A stretch of 64,000 nt of DNA from an uncultured delta proteobacterium (lineage in GTDB: Bacteria > Myxococcota > Myxococcia > Myxococcales > Myxococcaceae): contig CAWCKH010000004.1 of the NCBI GenBank assembly GCA_963796055.1, forward strand, positions 3,328,001 to 3,392,000, written 5' to 3'. Positions 29,068-36,910 of this stretch are shown here, one piece after another (the stretch's first letter is position 1; every line of letters begins with the position of its first letter). Under the pieces are notes generated by a model that did not search any database, was not told the origin of the DNA, and saw only the letters and a program-made list of their open reading frames with translations. Made by a program: the position numbers and the translations under genes.

Positions 29068-30455
29068 GCGACGGCGGGTTGCCCGCGGCGACCCGTGAGC
29101 GGCTGCGGGCGCTGCCCTCGGTCGAGGCGGTGCTGGTCTCCGAGGCAGGGCGGGCGGCGCTGCAAATCCACCCCCGGCCCCGGGTGGTGGAGGCCATCCG
29201 GCGGGTGCTCGGGGTGCTGCGGACGCGGATCCTCCAGGGGGAGGCGGCCAGCTTCTCCTCGGATGCGCTCGGGCCGGCGCTGGTCGCGCTCGGCACGCCG
29301 GGGCTGCGGCCGGTGCTCAACGCCACCGGGGTGGTGCTGCACACCAACCTCGGCCGGGCGCCGCTGGCCCCCGAGGCGCTGGCCCGGGTGGACGCGGTCG
29401 CGCTCGGCTACTCCAACCTCGAGCTGGACCTCGAGACCGGCGAGCGCGGCTCGCGCTTCGCCCCGCTGCTCGAGCCGCTCCGCGCGCTGACCGGGGCGGA
29501 GGACGCAGTGGTGGTGAACAACTGTGCGGCGGCGACGCTCCTGGTCCTCACCGCGCTCGCCGAGGGTCGGGAGGTGGTCGTCTCCCGCGGCGAGCTGGTG
29601 GAGATCGGCGGCGGGTTCCGGATTCCCGACGTGATGCGGCAGTCGCACGCCACCCTGGTCGAGGTCGGCACCACCAACCGAACCCGCCGCGCCGACTACG
29701 AGCGGGCGCTGTCGCCGGCCACCGCGCTGGTGACCAAGGTGCACCGCTCGAACTTCGCCCTGGTGGGCTTCACCGAGGAGGCGTCGGTGGAGGAGCTGGC
29801 CCGGCTGTGCCAGCCCCGTGGCGTGCCGCTCTTCGTCGATGCCGGCAGTGGGCTCCTCGCCCCCCTGGATCTGCCCGGGGCTCCGGGCGAGCCCACCATG
29901 CGGGGACACATCGAGGCCGGGGCGGACCTGGTGGCCTTCTCCGGCGACAAGCTGCTCGGCGGCCCGCAGGCGGGCATCGTGGTGGGCCGGGCCTTCTGGG
30001 TCTCGCGGCTACGGGCGCACCCCCTGGCCAGGGCGCTCCGGGTGGACAAGCTCACCGTGGCGGCGCTCGAGGCCACCCTCCGGATGGCCCAGGACGGTCG
30101 GGCGGACGAGATTCCTGCCCGCGCCCTGGCGCTCGCCCCGGAGCCCGTCCTCCGCGCCCGGGCCGACGCGCTCCGGCAGCACCTGGCCGACGCCGGGGTG
30201 AGCGCCCGTGTGGTCCACGTGGAGGGACAGGTGGGAGGAGGGACGCTTCCCCTGGCTCGCCCGCTCTCCTGGGCCTGCGTGGTCGACGGCGAGGCCGAGG
30301 CGCTCGCCGCCCGGCTGCGCACCGGCGAGCCGTCGGTGCTGGGGCGCATCGAGGACGGGCGTCTGGTGCTGGACGTCCGGTGCATCGACGACCGGGAGGT
30401 GGGACAGGTCGCGGCGGCGGTGGCGGCGGCGAGCGCACCGCTTCCTGGCGTGTAA
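29064..30455 (+). CDS. selA: L-seryl-tRNA(Sec) selenium transferase
   Basis: NATGVVLHTNLGRAP, SRGELVEIGGGFRIPDVM, FSGDKLLGGPQAG. Confidence 0.95.
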   Translation: MSDGGLPAATRERLRALPSVEAVLVSEAGRAALQIHPRPRVVEAIRRVLGVLRTRILQGEAASFSSDALGPALVALGTPGLRPVLNATGVVLHTNLGRAPLAPEALARVDAVALGYSNLELDLETGERGSRFAPLLEPLRALTGAEDAVVVNNCAAATLLVLTALAEGREVVVSRGELVEIGGGFRIPDVMRQSHATLVEVGTTNRTRRADYERALSPATALVTKVHRSNFALVGFTEEASVEELARLCQPRGVPLFVDAGSGLLAPLDLPGAPGEPTMRGHIEAGADLVAFSGDKLLGGPQAGIVVGRAFWVSRLRAHPLARALRVDKLTVAALEATLRMAQDGRADEIPARALALAPEPVLRARADALRQHLADAGVSARVVHVEGQVGGGTLPLARPLSWACVVDGEAEALAARLRTGEPSVLGRIEDGRLVLDVRCIDDREVGQVAAAVAAASAPLPGV

Positions 30456-30499
30456 GTCGGACTGCCCACTAGAATCCTCGGCCGGCGACGTCGCCGAAC

Positions 30500-31489
30500 G
30501 TGAAGCGCTACGGCCTGAACAACGTGGTGGAGCTGGCCCGGCAGCGGCCACGCCCCGACGAGCTGCCTGCAGGCCGTCGGGCGCGGCGCATCGTGGCCGT
30601 GGGCGGAGGAAAAGGCGGCATCGGCAAGTCGCTGGTCTCGGCGAATCTGGGCATCGCGCTGGCCCGGGCCGGAAATCGGGTCATGCTGGTGGACGTCGAC
30701 CTCGGCGGGGCGAACCTCCACACCTGCCTCGGCATCAACCAGCCCCAGGGCACGCTGTCCGACGTGGTGACCAAGGGGACCCGCATCGAGGCGCTGGCGG
30801 CGCCGACGGGCGTCGCGAATCTCAGCCTGGTCTCCGGCGCCACGGATGCGCTCGACGCGGCGAATCCGCGGGCGCAGGCCCGGGCGCGCCTGGTGGAGCA
30901 GCTGCAGACCATCGACACCGACTACCTGGTGCTGGACCTCGGCGCCGGCACCTCGCTCCACACCATCGACTTCTTCCTCCTCGCGGACCACGGGGTACTG
31001 GTCCTCCTCCCCGAGCCGACCTCGGTGGAGAACGCCTACCGGTTCCTGAAGGCCGCGCTGTTCCGGCGGCTGCAGCAGACCGCCCAGGCGCTGGGGGTGG
31101 CGCAGGTGGCGGAGGCGGCGCTGGGCAGCCAGGGCAGCGCGATGCGGACGCCGGCCGAGGTGGTGAAGGCGGTGGCCGAGAGCCATCCGGAGGCAGCGGC
31201 CCAGCTGGAGCGCTCGCTGCGCGATTTCCGGGTGAAGCTGGTGGTCAACCAGGTCCGCTCGCCGGCGGACCAGAGCGTGGGCCGCGCGGTGGTGGCGGCG
31301 TGGAAGAAGTTCTTCGGGCTGGACATGGATTACCTGGGGGCGATCGCCTACGACGACGCCGCCTGGCAGACGGTGCGGAAGCGGCGGCCGCTCCTGGTGG
31401 ACGCGGCCGCCTCGGCGGTGGCGACGAACCTGGCGGAGGTGGCCGAGGCGCTGGTCGCGCTCGACCGTCCGAGGTCGGCTGGGCGATGA
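30500..31489 (+). CDS. MinD/FlhG-family ATPase
   Basis: GGKGGIGKS, DVDLGGANLH, LDLGAG, PEPTSVENAY. Confidence 0.9.
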   Translation: MKRYGLNNVVELARQRPRPDELPAGRRARRIVAVGGGKGGIGKSLVSANLGIALARAGNRVMLVDVDLGGANLHTCLGINQPQGTLSDVVTKGTRIEALAAPTGVANLSLVSGATDALDAANPRAQARARLVEQLQTIDTDYLVLDLGAGTSLHTIDFFLLADHGVLVLLPEPTSVENAYRFLKAALFRRLQQTAQALGVAQVAEAALGSQGSAMRTPAEVVKAVAESHPEAAAQLERSLRDFRVKLVVNQVRSPADQSVGRAVVAAWKKFFGLDMDYLGAIAYDDAAWQTVRKRRPLLVDAAASAVATNLAEVAEALVALDRPRSAGR

Positions 31490-32589
31490 CCGCCACCGAG
31501 GAGCCGACGCTGTACGACGTGCTGGAGGTGGACCCCGCCTCCTCGCTCGACGAGCTCCGGGCGGCGGTGGAGCGGGCCCGCGAGACGTACGGCCAGGAGT
31601 CCCTCGCCGTCTACGCGCTGGTCGACGAGGACCAGCTCGAGGAGGTCCGGGCGAGGCTGGACGAGGCGGCGACGGTGCTGCTCGACCCCGCGCGCCGGGC
31701 CACCTACGACCGGTCCATCGGCCGGATCGGCCCGGCGACGCTCTGGGCCGAAGACGACGAGGAAGACGCCGCGCCGCTGCCGCCCATCGAGCCGGGTCCC
31801 CACGCCCGGGCCGCCCCGCTGGAGCTCGAGGCGGAGCCGGAACGCGAGGACCAGCCGCCCCCGCGGCAGCAGGCCCTGGCGCTCGAGGTTCCCGAGGTAC
31901 CTGGCCGCTTCGGCCGGACCGCGGGGGCCGCGCCGCCCGAGGCCTCCGATCGGGAGGGGCCGGACGCAGGCAACCCTGCGCTGCTGCTGAGCGGAGACTG
32001 GGCAGCGGCCGTTCCCGCACCGCAGCAAGGGAAGGCGACGGTGGAGCCACCGGGTCGCCCGGTGGCTCCGCAGTCCGATGGGAGCGCGTCGACGGAGGAG
32101 GAAGGTCCGTCGGAGCGCACGGCGCTTCCTCCCGCGCTGGGGCTGCGAATCAAGCCCGGCCCGCCGGCTCCGTCGTCCGAGCCCGAGCCCGAGCCCGTCG
32201 CCCCGGTCGCCGAGCCCGCCGCGCCCCCACCGTTCCCCGCGGCGCCACCACCGGCCGCCGCCGCTCCGGAGCGCCCGCCCGAGCTTCCCTCGCGCCCCCG
32301 CGAGAGCAGGCTCAAGCTGGACCTCCCCCCGGATGCCGAGTTCAACGGCGAGCTGCTGCGCCGCGTGCGCGAGTCCTACGGGCTGTCGCTCCAGCAGGTC
32401 GCCGAACGCACCCGCATCACCCGCATCCATCTGGAAAACGTGGAGGCGGACCGCTATGACCGCCTGCCCGCGACGGTGTACCTTCGGGGGATCCTGGTGA
32501 ACCTGGCGCGCGAGCTCCGGCTGGACCCGGCGCGGGTGAGCAAGACCTATCTCCTCGCCGCCCAGCGCTCGCACGCCCGGGCCACTTGA
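31486..32589 (+). CDS. DnaJ-like N-terminal domain, Pro-rich linker, RodZ-like HTH
   Basis: LYDVLEV..LLDPARRATYD (no HPD); GELLRRVRE..VAERTRI..LPATVYLRG. Confidence 0.8.
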   Translation: MTATEEPTLYDVLEVDPASSLDELRAAVERARETYGQESLAVYALVDEDQLEEVRARLDEAATVLLDPARRATYDRSIGRIGPATLWAEDDEEDAAPLPPIEPGPHARAAPLELEAEPEREDQPPPRQQALALEVPEVPGRFGRTAGAAPPEASDREGPDAGNPALLLSGDWAAAVPAPQQGKATVEPPGRPVAPQSDGSASTEEEGPSERTALPPALGLRIKPGPPAPSSEPEPEPVAPVAEPAAPPPFPAAPPPAAAAPERPPELPSRPRESRLKLDLPPDAEFNGELLRRVRESYGLSLQQVAERTRITRIHLENVEADRYDRLPATVYLRGILVNLARELRLDPARVSKTYLLAAQRSHARAT

Positions 32590-32609
32590 GGCCTGCGGAG
32601 GACCGACCG

Positions 32610-32874
32610 ATGACCGACGAAGAGCGAACCAAGGCGCTGCGGCTCGCCCGGGCCATCGCCTCCGACATCTCGCTCTACAACGAGCAGAAGATCATCAAGG
32701 GCATCGAGCAGGACAACCTCTTCGACGTGCTCAAGGAGGAGCTCGACGAGGGCAGGGACCTGTACCGGAGCCGGGTGAGCCAGGAGGTCTACACCACCAC
32801 CAACTTCTTCGACCGGGCGGTAGTGGACATCATCGTCCGCGGCAAGGCGCACGTTCGATCCAAGAATCTGGTGA
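32610..32874 (+). CDS. Small conserved protein, apparently fused to the downstream gene by a 1-bp insertion
   Basis: RLARAIASDISLYN..FFDRA; removing one A at 32865-32866 restores TCC AAG ATC TGG TGA (SKIW*). Confidence 0.7.
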
Positions 32875-33839
32875 CGGCGCGGCACCAGGCTGCAAGCGGG
32901 CAGGTCCATCGGCTCACGGCCGGGCCAGCGCTCCGGGGCGAGCGCCTCGACCGGGCCGTCGCCTCCAGCCTGCCCGAGCTCAGCCGGTCGCGGGTCCAGG
33001 GTCTGCTCGAGGACGGCCGGGTGCTCGTGGACGGTCGCCCCGGCCGCGCGGCACTCCGGCTCAAGGGCGGTGAGAGGCTGGTGGTCTCCGTTCCCCCTCC
33101 CGAGCCGGCGGTCCCCGAGCCCGAGGACCTGCCGCTCACCGTGCTCCACGAGGATCGCGACCTCCTGGTCCTCGACAAGCCCGCCGGGCTCGTCGTCCAT
33201 CCCGCCGCGGGCCATGCGCGCGGGACGCTGGTCAACGCGCTGCTGCACCACGTCTCGGGGCTCTCGGGTGTCGGCGGTGTACTCCGACCGGGAATCGTCC
33301 ACCGGCTGGACAAGGAGACCTCGGGTTGTCTGGTGGTGGCGAAGAACGACGCGGCGCTGCAGGCGCTCCAGCGCGCGTTCCAGGAGCGCTCGGTGGAGAA
33401 GACCTACCTGGCCCTCGTTCACGGGCACCCACTTGCCAGCGGCCGGCTCGCCACCCTCCACGCCCGCCACCCGCGTGACCGGAAGCGCTTCACCGGGAAG
33501 GCGAAGACCGGAAAGCCCGCGGTCACCACCTGGCGCGTTCGCACCCAGCTTCACCACTCGGCGCTGCTCGAGGTGGGCCTGGAGACCGGCCGCACGCACC
33601 AGATCCGCGTCCACCTCTCCGAGCTGGGGCATCCGCTGCTCGGCGACGCGCTCTACGGCGGCACGCACAAGGGCGACGCACGGGTGAAGGCCGTCCAGAC
33701 CCGCCTCGGGCGCCAGGCCCTGCACGCCTGGCGGCTGGCGTTCCCCCATCCACGCACCGGCAAGCCGGTCCGGTGCGAGGCCGCCCTTCCGCCAGACCTC
33801 GCCCAGGCCATCGACGCGCTCTCGCTCACAGGCCGGTGA
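32871..33839 (+). CDS. rluD: RluA/RluD-family pseudouridine synthase
   Basis: S4 domain RLD..SRSRVQ, DKPAGLVVHP, GIVHRLDKETSG, TGRTHQIRVH. Confidence 0.9.
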   Translation: MTARHQAASGQVHRLTAGPALRGERLDRAVASSLPELSRSRVQGLLEDGRVLVDGRPGRAALRLKGGERLVVSVPPPEPAVPEPEDLPLTVLHEDRDLLVLDKPAGLVVHPAAGHARGTLVNALLHHVSGLSGVGGVLRPGIVHRLDKETSGCLVVAKNDAALQALQRAFQERSVEKTYLALVHGHPLASGRLATLHARHPRDRKRFTGKAKTGKPAVTTWRVRTQLHHSALLEVGLETGRTHQIRVHLSELGHPLLGDALYGGTHKGDARVKAVQTRLGRQALHAWRLAFPHPRTGKPVRCEAALPPDLAQAIDALSLTGR

Positions 33840-35136
33840 CCGACAGCGCCCCCTGCTGGCGCCGCGAGAGCACCTTCACCGGCGGGATGGCCAGCACCCG
33901 CATGAACACCTTGAGCAGCTCGGGGTCGAACTTGTGGCGCAGCTCGCTCCACATCAGCATCATCGCCACCTCCGGCCCGTAGGCGTCGCGGAAGGGCCGC
34001 TTGCTGGTGAGCGCGTCGAAGCCGGCGGTGATGCCGATGATCTTCGCGTAGAGCCCCAGCGAGGACTTGGGGATGATCATCTGGATGTTGCCGCGGGCGT
34101 CACGCACCGCGGTGCCGAAGTCGCTCTTATACTCGAGCGTGGTCACCACCCGGTGCAGGGTCGTCCGGGTGAAGCCCTTCTCCATCAGGACGTTCCGCAC
34201 CGAGATCAGCGGCGCCCGGGCGATGAGGTTCCGCTCCTCGGCGGTCAGACCACCGCGCTTCCCGGCCAGCTCGTCGGGGATGGTCGCCATCCCCGCATCG
34301 TGGAAGAGGGCGATGAATCCCAGATCCCGGAGCTGCGCCTTGGTCAGTCCCAGCTCCACCCCGAACACGATGGAGAGCAGGCAGGTGTTCACCTGGTGGA
34401 ACACCAGATAGTCGGACTCCTGGCGCATGGTGGTCATGCCCAGGAAGTGCACCTTGGCGTCGTAGCAGATGTCGACCAGGTCCTGGACGATGCGCAGCGC
34501 CCGCACCGCCGCCATCGGGGTGCCCTTGCGCACCGAGTCCAGATATCTGGAAATGAAGACCACCGCGCGGGCGTAGACGGTGATCGCGTACTTCTTGCGG
34601 TCGACCTTCTCCTCGTCGTCGAGCTTCTCCTTCTCCAGCTTCTCCCGCAGCTTGCTCCACCGAGCGATCTTGATCGCCAGGAGCCTCCGGCTGCTCAGGC
34701 CGTCGTCGTCCGGGGTCTCGGTGACGTCCTTGGCGAAGATCCACACGAAGTTCTTGAGCTCGGCGATCTGCACCGGCTTGGACAGGGTGAACCCGCCCAC
34801 GTCCTTGGCCCGCATTTCCTCCAGCAGGTAGCGGATGTTCTCCACCGCGTTGAGCTCGACCTTCACCAGCATGTTGTTGACGTAGAACGAGCTCTTGATC
34901 CCCACCAGGTCGAAGCGCCCCTCGCGGGAGACGATCAGGTTCAGGTTGTCTTGCAGCGACATCAGCGGGCGCTCGAACACCGCATTGTCCGGGTCGTACA
35001 TCTTGGCCGAGCGCACCAGCATGTAGAGCGTGGAGAGGACCGAGCGCGACAGCTGCTGCAGCTTCTCGGAGTGGTCCCGGCCGAACTCGAGGATCCCGTC
35101 GTCGCCGGTGCCGCTGATCCGGAGATTGTCGGCCAC
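33826..35136 (-). CDS. Degenerate HD-GYP domain protein
   Basis: FHDAG and FDALTSKRPFR retained; HHE..GYP segment replaced. Confidence 0.82.
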   Translation of the reverse strand: MADNLRISGTGDDGILEFGRDHSEKLQQLSRSVLSTLYMLVRSAKMYDPDNAVFERPLMSLQDNLNLIVSREGRFDLVGIKSSFYVNNMLVKVELNAVENIRYLLEEMRAKDVGGFTLSKPVQIAELKNFVWIFAKDVTETPDDDGLSSRRLLAIKIARWSKLREKLEKEKLDDEEKVDRKKYAITVYARAVVFISRYLDSVRKGTPMAAVRALRIVQDLVDICYDAKVHFLGMTTMRQESDYLVFHQVNTCLLSIVFGVELGLTKAQLRDLGFIALFHDAGMATIPDELAGKRGGLTAEERNLIARAPLISVRNVLMEKGFTRTTLHRVVTTLEYKSDFGTAVRDARGNIQMIIPKSSLGLYAKIIGITAGFDALTSKRPFRDAYGPEVAMMLMWSELRHKFDPELLKVFMRVLAIPPVKVLSRRQQGALSVTGL

Positions 35137-36896
35137 TAGCCTGCCTCCGGGGGCGCCGCGTCACCGAAGAGCTTCCGCCGCGTCTCGCCCAGGGCGCGCC
35201 GGGCCGCCACCAGCACCTCGGAGGGCTGGCTGCGATCCTCCACCACCGCCTGCAGCGCCCGGTACGACTGGATCGACTGCACCCCCGCCAGCCCGTGCAC
35301 CGCGAGCAGCTTCTCCTCCAGCACCCGGGCGCGGTTCCACAGCTGGGGTTTCTCGGCCAGCAGCTGGGTCATCAGCGAGATGGCCGTGGGGAGTCCGGTG
35401 CTCCCCAGAGCGGTGTAGAACGCCGCCTGCTCCTCGACGCTCCGCTTCTTGAAGTCCTTGCCCTTCACCACCGTGACCAGATCCAGGTAAGCGTGCTCCC
35501 GGTCGTACTCCGGCAGCAGCCGCGCCGCCTGCACCCGCACCTGCGCGTTCTCGTCCTTCAGCGCCTCGGCGATCAGCCGGCGTGACTCGCTGCTCCGGCC
35601 CCGGGCGACGGTCCCCATCACGTCCAGCCGCACCGCGAGGTTCCGGTGCTTCAGCACCCGCCCGAAGAACTGCATTCGGTCCGGGTGCTGGGCGCGCTCG
35701 AGCACGTAGACCATGTCCCGCACGGTCATCGGCCGGTCCGACGACAGCCGCTGGATGACCTCGGTGGGGTTCACCTTGCAGAACTCGGCGAGGACGTCGC
35801 AGAGCACCAGCCGGTGCTCCGGCGCATCCAGCGTCTCCAGCACCTCCAGCAGGATGGGCATGGTGCTCGGCCGCAGCGAGCCCAGGTACCGGCCGATGTC
35901 CGCCAGCACCCCCGGCCGGGCCGCGCGGAGCACGTCGGCCACCCGCACCAGGCGCTGCTCCTCGCCCATCTTCTCCACGAAGGTGGCCTTCAGCCGGCGG
36001 ATGCCGCTCATCCCCGGCCGGTCCTCCATCGCCCGCAGCTTGAGGAGGATCTGGTTGAGGATCGCGAAGTCCTCCTGGAGCAGCAGCGCGTCCAGGAGCT
36101 GGAGGAACATCTCCTCCAGCAGCTCGGGATCGTCCACGCCCGCCTCGGCCACCTGGAAGATGGACGAGACCAGCTTGGGGAACAGCCGGCTGTGCTCCTC
36201 CTCGGCGATCTCCTTCTGCAGCTTCGCCTTGAGCTCGTCGCTGGCGGTGACCCCGGCGATGATCGCCCCCCGGACCTGCTCCACGCCCTCCAGCTTCAGC
36301 TCGAGATCCTCCGCGCTCACCCGCGCGAAGCGGAGGAAATCGTCGGAGTGACTCCGCAGCCGCGAGTAGAGGTACTCGACGATCTTGTCGACCGCGATCT
36401 GCACCTCGTCGTCGGTGAACCCGTCGACCTTGAACCCCTCCACCACCACGTATTCCAGGTGGTCCAGGGGGGAGCGCCACAGCTGGGCGACCGTGTCCTC
36501 GCCCTGCTTCTCCACGTCGCTCAGCGCGACCAGGGTGAAGGTCAACAGCTCGTCCGCCCTCAATCCCGGCCGGAAGATGAACTGACGGATCCCGTCCCGC
36601 CAGAACTTGAAGGGCAGGGGAGTGTCCTCGCCGAACAGCGGCTGCTCGAAGAGCGCGAAGTTCTGCTGCTCCACCTTGAAGACCAGCGGACCGAAACGGT
36701 CGGTGTACTGCCGGATCGCCTCGTGCGCCTTCGAGAGGTACTCCACGTACCGGCTCTCGTTGTGCCGGTACATGCCGATCTGCTTGATGGCCTTGAGCAG
36801 CTGGAAGGCGAAGGCCTTCGCCAGCTCGAGCCGCTGCCGGTTCTCCGGGTCGGTGAGCGGATCGGGTGCGGGAGAGGCGTCCGTTGCGGCAGTCAA
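35136..36896 (-). CDS. HEAT-repeat protein
   Basis: ALKDENAQVRVQAARLL-type repeats; TTG start at 36896 inferred; overlaps the HD-GYP start. Confidence 0.78.
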   Translation of the reverse strand: MTAATDASPAPDPLTDPENRQRLELAKAFAFQLLKAIKQIGMYRHNESRYVEYLSKAHEAIRQYTDRFGPLVFKVEQQNFALFEQPLFGEDTPLPFKFWRDGIRQFIFRPGLRADELLTFTLVALSDVEKQGEDTVAQLWRSPLDHLEYVVVEGFKVDGFTDDEVQIAVDKIVEYLYSRLRSHSDDFLRFARVSAEDLELKLEGVEQVRGAIIAGVTASDELKAKLQKEIAEEEHSRLFPKLVSSIFQVAEAGVDDPELLEEMFLQLLDALLLQEDFAILNQILLKLRAMEDRPGMSGIRRLKATFVEKMGEEQRLVRVADVLRAARPGVLADIGRYLGSLRPSTMPILLEVLETLDAPEHRLVLCDVLAEFCKVNPTEVIQRLSSDRPMTVRDMVYVLERAQHPDRMQFFGRVLKHRNLAVRLDVMGTVARGRSSESRRLIAEALKDENAQVRVQAARLLPEYDREHAYLDLVTVVKGKDFKKRSVEEQAAFYTALGSTGLPTAISLMTQLLAEKPQLWNRARVLEEKLLAVHGLAGVQSIQSYRALQAVVEDRSQPSEVLVAARRALGETRRKLFGDAAPPEAG

Positions 36897-36910
36897 CTCG
36901 GGGGCCGAGT

